NCBI GenBank assembly: GCA_012295275.1
Contig: CM022669.1
Span: 7,068,001-7,132,000 of the forward strand
DNA length: 64,000 nucleotides
Direction of reading: 5' to 3'
Source of the DNA: Chrysomallon squamiferum
Taxonomy: Eukaryota; Animalia; Mollusca
This document shows positions 26,001 through 43,684 of the stretch, piece after piece. Each line of letters starts with the position of its first letter. Within the stretch, counting starts at the first letter, position 1. Position numbers and translations under genes: made by a program. Under the pieces are notes generated by a model. The model saw only the letters and a list, made by a program, of their open reading frames with translations, was not told the origin of the DNA and did not search any database.

Positions 26001-27257
26001 CTATGAGTTTCTTGGTGTGCACTGTGGTGGTACAGCATGGACAGCTGTGGTTTCTGTCCACCCACTCAGAAATACACTTGTTACAGAACCGATGACCGCA
26101 TGGTGTGATCATCGTCTTCTTCATGTGATTCAGACATATTGTACACTGGAAAAACTCCTCTAGAGTAGAAACCTGGCAACACAAAATAGAGTTTTGTAAA
26201 CATCTGATAAGAAAATTAATTTAAAATGCAAAAAATCATAAAATGTAAGACTTTTGTAAACAATAATAATAAATAAAAGAAAAAGAAAAAATTTAAATGT
26301 GTGTGTGTGTGTGTGTTTGCTTTTTATATAAATATTCTTCTATTTAAAACACTAATTCACACCACTGAGGATACATTTATAACAAAGTAAAAAATTAAAT
26401 GACAAATATTATGAAATAATAATAATAATAATATAAAAAAAAACAGAAGAAAAAAATCTGATCAATATTTTATTACAAGTAAGTCAGTTTGGCATAACTT
26501 GTTTGGCATAACTTGTTTAGCATAACTTGTTTAGCAAAAGGTAAACAACATGTATGTTAAGAATGTTTATACAAACGACCACTTGCTTATCAACAAGAAT
26601 ATGTTTACGGCAGGAAGTAGAAAAGGAAAAATAAAGAAAAAAACACAGGAGTGATACCAACAATTAAAATGTGTTCCTGCTATTAACAATTCGTTCATTT
26701 GTTTAAATTGTATTCTACATAAATAACAAGTGAATGATTTTATTCATGGAATTTGGAATGTTTTCGCCACTCTTTCAAACATGCAAATCCATGTAAAATA
26801 ATTAGGCATATGTATAAATATACTCATTCACGAAAATGGATATTGCGATCGACCACTCCTCAGACTAGCGTCCAACCATCGATATATACTAGTAGATAGT
26901 TCTTGAACAGGAAGATATTTTTTTTTTACATAACATTTCTAAATAATTTCTAACTTTTCTTTCTATTTCATCATAAGATACCTAAATATTTGATTTCTTT
27001 TTAAATTTAAACTGTCGGTAAATAAATAAATAAATAAATACAAAATAAAAAATTATAATAAATACTTCAGCGAAAATAGTTACTTTTATTTTCGAGCAGT
27101 GCTGTTGTATAATTTCCACAATATACCCTAAGGTGTTTTACTGGTATTAAAGTATATAACAAAAACGAAAACAGTCACAGTATCGATTTATACATAAATT
27201 TATGGTTTAGAGACTTACCGGTACCACTAACGGTAAATCACCAGCTCTGACTGCCAT
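18028..27257 (-). CDS. Uncharacterised RING-HC E3-ligase-like protein (RING, coiled coil, ubiquitin-like region, UBR-box-like Zn finger); 14 exons, 419 aa
   Basis: Exons on the minus strand: 27257-27219, 26172-25974, 24048-23986, 23520-23461, 22943-22900, 22312-22216, 21976-21868, 21584-21474, 21090-20995, 20597-20474, 19471-19333, 18766-18731, 18469-18427, 18127-18028. All introns are GT-AG with consistent phases, giving a 1260-nt open frame ending in TAG. The protein starts MAVRAGDLPLVVPVSTLEEFFQCTICLNHMKKTMITPCGHRFCNKCISEWVDRNHSCPCC (C3HC4 RING) and ends VDYFSCLQCRLNWICRSCIQVCHQGHETKPYIMQHQPTWGCCYCPKKKKCLLIKTKTDESMTQQSLISVGD*. Confidence 0.9.
19475..20350. repeat. Complex (AAT)n-based low-complexity array with internal higher-order duplications (intron 10 of the RING gene)
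   Basis: Long AAT runs with recurring blocks such as AAATGCA.TAATACTAATAT.TGTAATAAAATAATAAAATAAA at ~19677 and ~20156. Confidence 0.75.
25715..26006 (-). repeat. Irregular tandem repeat spanning the exon 2 / intron 2 junction of the RING gene (5 copies of the donor region)
   Basis: AAACACAGATACCTA(T/A)GAGATTATCA recurs, with donor-equivalent positions at 25974, 25915, 25848, 25809 and 25740. Confidence 0.9.
26487..26536. repeat. 14-bp tandem repeat (~3.5 copies)
   Basis: GTTT(G/A)GCATAACTT is repeated in intron 1 of the RING gene. Confidence 0.85.
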
Positions 27258-27795
27258 GACTGGACCCACTGTTATTGTGCAAATATGTCAACAGCCTATG
27301 ATGTTTTCTATTTTTAGTAACGAAATCCTCGATGACGTATTAAATATATCTATATGGGAGATAAATAGTCGCCCCAACTTATTTTGTGTCAAGATAGATT
27401 TTACCTAATTTAAAAATATTTTTAATAAGCTTTATTTTTGTATTTGGAGATGGAAACTGTACTGGGTTTTTTTGTTGGTTTTTTTGTTAGGGTATTACTG
27501 ATTTTATGTTATTCAAATACCATTTTTGACTTTTAATAAAATTTTAATCTAATAACAACAACAACAACAACAATAATAAAAGTTGAGAAAAATTGCTATG
27601 TAATATTTTGAATGATGAAACAATAGTAATTATTAAAAATAAATAAATTTAAAAAATAAAATAGTGAGGCTCTTACTCTCAATATTCTTTTTATACAAAC
27701 AAGAGATGATTCATATACAGCAGAATGCTGAAATATAAATTCAGCTGAATATTGTTTGCGTAAATTATAATTTTAACAATAACAAATACATTTGA

Positions 27796-27840
<45 letters not shown>

Positions 27841-28662
27841 AAGACAACTACAGAAATAAATAATGAGACGGCTTCAGAGTTCGCATATTTGTTAACATAT
27901 CGATATTAAGAATACGTTCACAAGCATTTTCTGTAATATAACACATTGATTATTGATTTTATATTATTCAAACAACGTTTTTGACTATAAATAATTTTTA
28001 AACTAACAACAACAACAATAATAATATGAGGGCAATTGCTATGTAATATACTGTATGATGAACAATAGAAATTATTTTTAAAAAATAAATAATAAACGTG
28101 AGGCTTTTACTCTCATTATTATTTATACAAATCAGAGATGATTCATAAATAGCAGAATGCTGAAATATAAATTCATTTGAATATTATTTACATTATTACA
28201 ATTTTAGCAATAACAAATGCACTTTATTATTTTTATTATTAGTAGTAGTATTATTAGTATTATAAAGACAACTACAGAAATAAATAATGAAACGACTTCA
28301 GAGTTCGCATTTTGTTAACATAACGATATTAAGAATAAGTTCACAAGCAGCTGAAATATCTTCGAAATATTTTTATAGCATTTTCTGTAGGATAATATAA
28401 AGATAATCATTCTGGACAAAAAACTATGGCCAGCAATACAACCTCCCACGACCCATTCCGAAAAAGTAAATATATTTGCATAGACAAAATTTATTCGGGT
28501 TGCGATGGAATAAAACTGAAAGAAACGGGTACCTAAGCGTGATATTCAAGTTAGATAACTCTAATAAATTAGTTTATTTTAGGGGTGTAAAACGGGAAAA
28601 GTCTACTGAAAATGTCAAATGTACTATTTTAGCATAAGTTAAAACATTTACTTATTTTAATC
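27258..28662. promoter_or_regulatory. Putative bidirectional promoter region between the RING gene and SNX24
   Basis: Divergent start codons at 27257 (-) and 28663 (+) are ~1.4 kb apart, with CpG-enriched patches near both ends and TGACGT at ~27333. Confidence 0.55.
27493..28349. repeat. Diverged tandem duplication, 2 x ~400-430 bp
   Basis: Copy 1 is ~27493-27926 and copy 2 is ~27950-28349. They share collinear blocks such as AATTGCTATGTAATAT, GTGAGGCT.TTACTCTC, AGCAGAATGCTGAAATATAAATTCA, TATAAAGACAACTACAGAAATAAATAATGA, CTTCAGAGTTCGCAT and CGATATTAAGAATA. Confidence 0.9.
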
Positions 28663-29360
28663 ATGTTAATACGAGCATCAATTCCGAGTTATAGAAAAAT
28701 AAAAGACGACACAGATGAATCGTACACGGTAAATATTTTTTTTCTGCTTCTATCAGAATATTTAATATTTTTACTGTCGTCAAAGTCAATATCAGAATAT
28801 GAAAAATAATGAATCTTACGATTAATATTATCAATTTCATATCATTATAAATTATTATTACAGGTTTTCTGTATTGAAATCTGGGTATCAGGTAGACGTC
28901 ACTGTTTGGAGAAAAGATACACAGAATTTGAAGAGCTACATAAACAGGTTAATTGATATTTCATTTATTTTAATTAATTAAAAATATAACAAATATTTTC
29001 AATAATAATAATAATAATAAATAATAATAATAATAAATACATAATCAAATTCATTATTATTTCATTTGATTAATTATAATTAATAGTATACAGTTTGATT
29101 ATTATTCATGATTTTAACAAGTAACTCAAATGTAAATTAAGATAATAGTAATTAATAGTTACCCAGTCTATATACATATATATATATATATAAATTAAAG
29201 CAAAATGTTTAATTTCTGCCACTTCAGCTATTTTCTGTAAATTGTATTTTAGGGACTGCACATTTTTTTATGTGTTTATCTGTTTGTGCATGTTCAGTTA
29301 AATGTTCTTGTTTTTTTTGTTTTTGTTTTTTTGTTTTTTGAATTCTTATTTGATGTCTGC

Positions 29361-29413
<53 letters not shown>

Positions 29414-29960
29414 CATATGTGTGTGTGTGTTTTGTGTGCATGCGAGTTTCATTTTAATATTATAAGTGCTCATGATGAAATATGATTTGTAACTGTAAAA
29501 AAAGTACTAATTACTTCCTGAATTGAATTATTCACTCTCAGATTATCCCCATTGAATATAATAGAAGTATTAGTATTTATGACATGATAACTACTATATA
29601 AATCTCTATATAATGAATAAGTACTTAAGTATTTTAAATGTTTTAGTTATCTCAATTAAACTGTATGAAGGCAGCTACTTTATTTTATTGTTATTAAAAA
29701 AATAAAATAAAATAAAAAAGTTAAAAAGCTGTATTTAAGGATATATTATGGATTTGAAATTTTTAAAAATAAGTATTTTTTCAAATTGTTTTCTGAAAGT
29801 TTAAGGTAAAAGAACATCAAAGTCATTAGTCTCATAAATCTGTTTCAAAATTTTATTCAGAATATTATTTCATAAATTTTAATTTATTTCATATTTCATC
29901 AGTGAAAAAGATTTAAGATTTATATACTACACTTATCCAGAGCCCTCTTTTTATGTGTGT

Positions 29961-29999
<39 letters not shown>

Positions 30000-32280
30000 A
30001 AATATGTATAAACACCATTATGGTATTTGAGGTTTATTTCTCTTTGTTTAGACTTAAGGTAGTTGGGAAATTCTTCCAAGAAAATTGAGACATTAAACAC
30101 TGTCACTGGGACTGTCTTGAGGAACCCAGGATAGTAATGATCTGCCTGTATTTGTTAGGAGTCTGGGATGTTGTCTGGGTGGCTGGGATGATAGTTCAAC
30201 AGAGAAGAGAAAATATTTGTAAAGGAAGAAAGACTGCAATATAATTACTACACTATCATAATGAGAACTGTTCCTTTAAAGATAACTCACCTAGCAAATC
30301 AATGCAGTCGTTTTTCTTGTTTTATATTCACACCTGAGAGTACATGAAATATATTTTTCAGGTGAAAAAGTTAATGAGAACACCTGAGTTTCCACCTAAA
30401 AAGGTAATGAAATGGAACCACAAAGTTTTGGAACACAGACGTCAAGGACTGCAGAATTATCTGCAGGTGAGATGAAATTGCAATAACAAAAATAAAAATT
30501 AATAGAAAAATTGTTTTTTTTTTATTAATTATTTTTTTTCAGGTGAATTATTTATTGATATATCCCCCCTTTTTGGCTCCTATTTTTCTCTGATGTTTTT
30601 TTTTTTTTTTTTTTCAACAAATGCAATATTTTTGCACTTTATTGAAATTATATGGTTTAATACCCAAAATAATTATTTTTAGATAATATTGTTTTTGTTA
30701 TTGAATTATACAGTGTTAATATTTGTTTTTTTTTATTGATTAAGTATTAATTGTAATAACATAAAAATAATGATCAACTCAAAAATGTAGTAATTTAATT
30801 TTTAAAGTGCAACATCTCATTAGTAATTATTTACTTCTCTAATGATAAATTATCATTTACAGGGTATTTTAGGCAATGAAATTGAGCCTAAATGTGTACT
30901 GAAGTTTCTTAATATTATTACTGATGCAGATAGCCTGGAGTAAGTATTTGTTTTCTTGCCAATAAAATTAAATAAACAAATGAATGAATAAAAGGGATGA
31001 ATTAATTAATAAATAAATGAATACTATTTACCATAACAGTAACTTGGGTCTGCTATTTTGTTTAAAAGATAATTTTATAAGCACAGCAGGAAATAAATTA
31101 TGGATTAAACCAACATACCTTTTCTGAATATCTTTACAATGGCATTGATATGGCTTTGATAAATATATTGACAAAAACAGGATAAAACTGATTGATCCAC
31201 TGAGAAGAATGGAAGATTAGTGGTATATTGCATTAGTTTCAGTAAATTATGTAACATTTGTGGCTCTTATATGTTGCAATAAGCAAACAGTCTGATATAA
31301 ACTACTGAACATTACTTTAAAATACAGCAAGATCATTTACCTCTTATACAACACTCTGGAAAAACAAAGCCCGTGGATTTCATTTGAAATAATTAAAGGA
31401 ATTTCACTGACAGAGTAAAGTTAATGTGTTAATTTTTTAATAACATATTTGTTGTAATGTTGTAATTTGTGTTTTGTGATGTTATTTTTTGAGATTTGTT
31501 TATAGCTCAGTTGACAGATTTGAAGAAGATAAAAAATCAGTTCACCAGCCTGTGATAGCTTTTCCTTCAGATGCTTTTCTCGTGGATAACACCAATGGTA
31601 AGTTTAATTAAACAGATTATTTTTTCTCAGATGCTTTCCTCATGAAAAAAAAACAGTGTTAAATTTACATAGACAAATATATGTTTAATGTGAGACCTTG
31701 ACAGATTTAAATTATTATTATTCCAATTTATACTGGTTTTTTTTTTTAAAATAAATTTTATGAGTTCACATTAAGTACAGACAGAAAAGCACATATTATA
31801 GTTTCAGAAGTTTGAAAAATAGTCAAAATTATATTTTTAATTGAGGAACTAATTCACATATAACTCTTTTTCTTAGATTCAATTTAATTTACATGTTTGT
31901 TTGTTGTTTAATTTTTAAATTAATTTCCTTTTGGATTTCTGTAATAATATTTACACAACTGTGGAGTATTTTTGCTTGAAATTATTAAAATGATTTGAAC
32001 AGTTTAGTCATTCCTTTTAAAAAAAATTTTTATAAATAAAATAACATTTAAAGTTCAAATTGTAATTTTATCTCTCATAATTTAAAAAAAAGTAATACAT
32101 AGAGTGTTTTTTGTTTTTTTTCATTTAAAAATCATATTTTAAATTTTATTATTTTTTCCTATTATCTATTAACAATATGAAAGTTAAATCTATTTTTTTT
32201 TAGGCACTCTACCAGATATAGTTGCAGAAGGAGTCATAATGGGGCTGTATGCACCAGTGGATGAAATTCTTCCCAGATAG
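28663..32280 (+). CDS. SNX24: Sorting nexin-24-like PX-domain protein (SNX22/24 family); 6 exons, 166 aa
   Basis: Exons: 28663-28728, 28864-28947, 30362-30466, 30863-30939, 31506-31597, 32204-32280, all GT-AG, 501 nt. Protein MLIRASIPSYRKIKDDTDESYTVFCIEIWVSGRRHCLEKRYTEFEELHKQVKKLMRTPEFPPKKVMKWNHKVLEHRRQGLQNYLQ...HQPVIAFPSDAF...LPDIVAEGVIMGLY. It carries the PX motifs (KRY.EF, PxxP, RRxxLxxYL) and the SNX22/24 C-terminal HQPV / PxxVxEGVxxG motif. Confidence 0.93.
30051..30235 (+). repeat. Dispersed ~190-bp repeat, copy 2 (SNX24 intron 2)
   Basis: Diverged, inverted homolog of 11715-11901. Confidence 0.8.
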
Positions 32281-32380
32281 CAAATCTATAACAGTGTTTG
32301 GATATTAAACAAATAGGTTTTGTTCTCGCTGACTAAAACAAAGCAGACTGGAAAATAACCTTTGTGTGATGCACTAGCAC

Positions 32381-32536
32381 TTGAAATTCATATATTTGTG
32401 TTAATATTTTAGTGGAAATTCATAGATTTGTCTTGACAGTCTAGCTGAAATTCATAAATATTTGTTGACAGCCAAGTTGAAATTCATAAGTATGTTTTGA
32501 CAGTCCAGCTGAAATTCATAAATATGGGTTGACAGT
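32381..32536 (+). repeat. ~32-bp minisatellite (~5 copies) in the presumed SNX24 3' UTR
   Basis: The unit GAAATTCATA.ATAT.T.TTGACAG.C.AG.T is repeated. Confidence 0.85.
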
Positions 32537-35500
32537 AGTTAAAGCTAAAACTTTGTGGTAAAAGCAAGTTAATTTGTGTCAATATTTTCCATTTAACTGT
32601 CAGAATAATTAGTAAATGAATAAAACATTCAGGCTCAGGCATTAAGGCTACTGGCAAGTAGTTAGTAGACTTAACTAGTAATTTAAGTCTTGCACTGGTT
32701 AAGCAGCAGACTTAAGAGTCTGTATGTTTAGGGATAGCATTCAGATTACAAACAAGAGGCATTTTGTAACTTCCATATACACAACAAAAGCATCAAACAA
32801 AACCTTGAATGCATGGATAGTGTGTTCAAAACATGGTTCATGTCATGTTGTAAGAAACTTTTCACAATCCAACCACAGCAGGATTTGGACTGATTTGCAT
32901 TTTGACAAAACAGAATATAATTCATGATACTAAGAAACATTTGAAATATATTTCACATATTTCTCAATCGTTTTTTTTCTTGTTCAAATGTACCTGTTAT
33001 GGTTATGAACAAACAGTGATGATACATTTTGTATAGTTTCAAATGACTTGTTTTAATCTTCACTAACCTTTGTTGATAATAAATTATGACATATAAGAAG
33101 TCTGAGGATAGTTATCTGAAGCTTTTCATTTTCCAATTTGTTATTTTCTAAATTGAAATTAAAAAAAACACACTAAATAAAAACACTGAACTGGAAATAT
33201 CTGACAAGTTTATGTATTTTAAGATAGAAATTCTAAGAATTGGAAAACAGAATTTTGGTTTGAGGCATTATTAGTCATTCTTTGTAATCTGAAGTTGATG
33301 ACTAAAACTTCTAAAACTGAACAACAAAGTAATAATAATAGTTAATTTTCTAGTGCTGTTGAGATAGTCAGATTTAAAAGCATTTATAAAATATTTAATA
33401 AATTTAGATAAAAAAAAATAATGTTTTTTTTTTTTTTTTTAAATGTTGGTAAATAGTAAGTAGAACAAGTAAAGAAAATAACAGCATACATACACTTGTT
33501 TACATGCATGCATACATACATACACAAAACCAAAGATGCCAAAATGTGAATTACAATTTTTATTAAATCAAATGTACATTTAGTGCAGAATACATAAATA
33601 TTCATGTAAGTAACAAAAAAAAAAAAAAAAAATAATTAAATCTTTTTTTTAAAAATACTGGCAAAAGTTACATTGACTGTACACACACTGGACTAGTGTT
33701 ATTTTATTTTTCTTGAAAGGAAATTAAAAAACGTAACCATGTATGCCTGCTACAATTAAATAATCTGTTTAACCTGAAGACATTAGCAATGCACTTAGCT
33801 CACAGATTTAAAAAAAATATTAAATAAAGTTTAAGTGATCTGTTTAAGATATATTCTGGATATTTCTTATTAGAAAGCAAGTATTGTTACTGAAACAAGT
33901 TAACTGAAAGTACATAAAATGTAATATTACAAGGATAACCAATTTATTTATAAGTGGAGACAGTCTTTAACATCAATCTGCAAAAAATTTAAGATTTATT
34001 TTTCAACCCTGTAACCATATTTTTGGTATCAAAAACTGCCATAAAAGAGAAAACAATAATTAAAAAAAACAAGTGAAAGAAAAGTATTAACATCAGGACA
34101 ATGGGAAATGATATTATTATTAACGCACAAAGCAAATTAAAGTTTTACTAGATTTTTTTCATTACAACAGAAACAAGGTGAAACTAATTCCAAACAAAGG
34201 CTAATACATTAAAAACAAAATAATTAACTTCATTATATAAATAGGCTGAAAGTTCCAACAAAGCACTTCATACAAATAATAATTATGTACAACAATAAAA
34301 GAATTGTTAAAAAAAAAAGACAAACTCAAAATGTTCAACTAAGAAGGTGCAACTTATTGCCTCAAATTATTAAAAATAAATAAAAACAATTTGATTCTTG
34401 AATATTCATGTTATATACCTGTGATTAATGGACAGTAACATACAATTCAGAATTTATTATTAATTTTAAAATTTTACTGACTTACTTAAAAATCAACCCA
34501 ACCCATCACTCCAAATTACAAGTGAACTAAGGGATAAGAAATCAGAATTTTCCATTCTAAATATGTTCTTACATTGGCATATTTGTCTCCCTGCTGTTCA
34601 GCATTTGTTCTCATGCTAGTCTGGGTTGATTACAGGTGTTCCATAAGATGTTACTAATAATTTAGCAGAGAATTTATTGTTATTATTTTTTTTTTTAAAT
34701 ATTAAAACCTATGATTTGTTCTAGTTTCCAGTTGCACAGTCTTTGTTACTCACTTTTTTTTTGCAGCCTGGACAGTTTGATTTCATTAGTTTTCCATACA
34801 ACATCACAATACACTTGTCTGCTGCTGGTAAAACATTTTTGTACAATTTGTTTACGTACAAAGCAAAAAAACAAGCAAATCTTTATGAAGTAATTTTCAG
34901 TGTGAAATGTACCAACTTATTTTATTTATAAAATTGAGATTTTTGATAAAAAACTCAAACTTCACTGGAACATGAATATTTGTGATTTTTATTAAACTGA
35001 CTTAAAAAAAAACAACAAAAATTTAAAAGGTAAAGTATACTAAAATGCTGTTAACTGAAAAAAAAAGAAGTTATTTTCTGTTTGCTCAGTTAACAATGGG
35101 CACTAATATTAATTCACACTGCTTTTGTTTGAAAACATTTTCTCCTACACTTTACAGTAAATCTGAAATTTCATATACTATGACTGCCATAAAAAGACAA
35201 AAAATAATTTACGATGGATGTACTATGTACAGCAGTCAATGGTTATACCTACTAAGTGATCTGTTCAAACTGCAATTAAATAATCTATGAATATTTTAAC
35301 ATATTTTTGAAGGAAAAAAAAGAGAAAAAAGTCAACATGAATTAATCATGCTGTTTTTTCTTTCTCAAACATGACCACAGAAATTAAATACATGATATAC
35401 TGAAAACAAAATTATGCAAAACTGTTTTCCATAGAAAATTAACAATTCAAATATACATTGTTTTTTGTTGTCTAGATTCTAAGTACACAACTATATAAAA

Positions 35501-38092
35501 TAAAATTTAAAAATTTGTTAAGAAAAGCATGTAATGACACAGACACACACACGCACAAACACACGTTATTAAACTCAATGACAAATGCAATGTACTAGGC
35601 TATGTTATTTTACATGTAAGCAATGCAGGAAATTTAACAAAAATGTACTATGTACACATCACATGTCTTTCTATATTTTTGAAAAAACAAAAACAAACCT
35701 ACAGATGTTGACTAATTTAATGGAGATATATTTTAAATATTTGGATAAAAATCAACAAAACTATTGCTGTTATATAAACATCCTGTAATTATTATTATTA
35801 TGTTTTTAAAATTCTTTATCTATTTCATTCAGCTGAAGATACAAGCTAATCCAGGTTAGAATAATGCTGTAATCTATTCAGATTAAAAGAACATCTGAAG
35901 ACAAACAAAATATTCATTACTAACTGAAGCCAAAAAAAAATAATGAGCAGTATAATAACCATATCTGATTAGGAAATGTGCGTAAGCATTAAAATACTGG
36001 CTTTGCCATCATTTTTAATAGTTAACATCATGGTCACTGTGAACAAGGGATTTAAGAAAATGTGCACACTAGCTACTGAAAGAAAGACAGAGAGAGAGAG
36101 AGAGAGAGAGAAAAACCCTTTTCTGCAAACCAGCTGCCTTGTGTGAAATTATGTAACCCAGTTCATCTACAACTCCACATGAAAACCAAAATAAATATTT
36201 TCCCCTCAAAAATATCAATAAGATGACTTTCCTCAGATGGAAAATGGCAGACCATCATAAAAAGCAAAAGCCACAGTGCATAGCAATGTAAATGCACATC
36301 TCAGAGTAAGCTGGCTGCAACATACAAATCAGTTTGAAGGGATTCTGAGGTAGATCATGGGTTACTATGCAGGATATACAATAGATCTTTTTGTTCTTCT
36401 CTACTTATAAACCTGACATATAAAAACTTAAAACCAAAAATGAAAAAAAAAGTACAATACAAAATAGTACATTTACACAGATAGAAAACAGTTCCAAGAA
36501 TTCTCAAACTTTAATCATTAATGCTTGTTCAACTGTTCTTTTAAATATTAGTTACCAACCAGCATTCCTTTGGACATTCCTGACTATCATGTAGTCTTGT
36601 CGACTTGGATAGCAAACAAGCTATTTCTCAAGTATTTATTTGAACACAGAGGGCTATCCAGTACAAAACTGGTTAATTATTTCTTTAGGATATCCCACCT
36701 AACATGCTAACATAGTTCACTTGTCAACAGAAAAATTCCTAAACATCAAGATGGAAATATTTCAAAATATCAAGGCTTGTTACAATATTTAAAGAACATA
36801 CAAAAGGCAACACTGGTGTACTGCATCCTCAAATTTAACTAAAATAGTTCCACTTCAATAGCCATCTAAATCTTGACATTTAAAATGATAAAAAAACAGT
36901 AGTAATAATAATAATAATAATAATAATAAGATGCAGTACTTACAATAATACCAGTGGTTAAGGATTTATCTTTGTATTTAATCTGCAAAATATTCTGATA
37001 GCACAATAATAAAACCTTGAATAAAAATTCAGTTAAATCCTTTATTATGTATCACACATGAGTAGGGTAGAGGGGATAAACATCACTGAGGAATCATTTT
37101 TAAACATGTTCACACAAACCCACACACACAGACACATCTACACTATCGTAACAAGAACCATACAAAGGAATGAAAAGTGAGAGACTGGTTTAGCTGTTCA
37201 GAAAACTTCACAACAGAATCAGTGCCATTTATTTGATAGAGACATAAAAAAAAAGTTTTGCGTCTTAGTTAACTTAAACATTTTTGGAACCAAGTTGTTA
37301 GTGTCAACTTATTACAAAATTCTTCATACACTTCATTAAATTAGTTGTTAGTGTTAACCATATCAATTTTTTTAGTTACAGCATACCCTTTATTAAATTT
37401 GTCTAAAATGTAAAATTCATTAACTAAATGTATCCTAAATTGTCAACATTTGCTTCAAACTTCTACCTGAGCTTTTGTTAGTTCTAGAAAATGTATAAAA
37501 ACATGCTACCTGTAACAGAATAACATATTTGTTTTTAGTCAGTTTAATTTCATATTAAACAAGAGTGCTTTTAAAACAGTCTTCTAAATTCTGTTTCAAT
37601 TGTTTTTCGACATGGAAATCTATGCAAACATCCATAATTTAAAATTCCTTTTTTTTGTTTTATAAAAAAAACTCTTAGTTCAAGAACATTAAAACAAAAT
37701 TTTAAACATATCTTTGTACAAAGAGAAAAAGGATGTTGTAGTTCAATAAAATGGCTTATCAATTTGAACAATCCTGATAGGTATAAAATGAAAAAAGTTG
37801 ATTCAAATTTTGTCATATTAACAAATGGGAGGATAACCTATGTTGCTCCTTAACGAAAACATCCAGTAAAAAAATATTTTCAAAATTTACATCAGAGATG
37901 TATTAACAAAATGGTGTAGGTCAAATGAAAAACAATCTAAGAATTCTAATATTTTCTTTAAAAAGTACATTTAACAAGATGAAAGAGATTATTAATTTCT
38001 TGTTTTTTTTTGTTTTTGGAAAAATGAGATCCAGAACTGGATTACTGTGGGATCAGCTGGACAGCACATAGCCTGGTAGATTCTTTCTGATG

Positions 38093-43162
<5,070 letters not shown>

Positions 43163-43262
43163 CCTCGAATGTTAAGTTCGGGTTAAAACACCCCAAATAG
43201 TCAGCAGTTAACCAAACAGTTCTCCAATTTCCACTACAAACATGGATGTCGAAGTGACTAAT

Positions 43263-43273
43263 TGCGCATGCGC
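43263..43273. promoter_or_regulatory. NRF1-type site ~100 bp upstream of the basigin ATG
   Basis: TGCGCATGCGC matches the NRF1/EWG palindromic consensus in a proximal-promoter position. Confidence 0.55.
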
Positions 43274-43684
43274 GATTGTGCACCTATGCTCTATATCAAA
43301 TAAGCGTGTTCCACTTGAATCTGGCTCAATCCAGTTACGAAAAACCGTAGAAACCGGATAAAAATTTTCTTCACAAAAATAAAATTTTAATAGGTTATGG
43401 AGAATAAATGAAATAGCAGTTGCATCTGTTGATATTTGCATTGCTTCTGATAAATGAATGTCTTTTTTTTCTTCTCCTTTTTTAATTATTATTATTTATT
43501 ATTATTATTATTATTATTTTTTTTTTTTTTTAAATAATAAAAAAAAGAGATATTGACCCTTAATATCACGAAATCCATGCCACCACTGGAAAAAAGGAAA
43601 CAAAATTTGAACTTACTTTTATTTCCCACTTATCTTTAGGTATTATTAATTTATTCTGAGTCCCATTATTGGAAACGACATTTG

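Noticed and set aside
25715-26006. Repeat-spacer-like pattern resembling a CRISPR array
   Set aside because: It lies in a eukaryotic intron, the intervening segments are copies of one another, the repeat derives from the adjacent exon/intron junction, and there are no cas genes.
31561-31645. Short echo of SNX24 exon 5 sequence (TCAGATGCTTT.CTC) in the following intron
   Set aside because: It is only ~15 bp, too short to support a functional claim.
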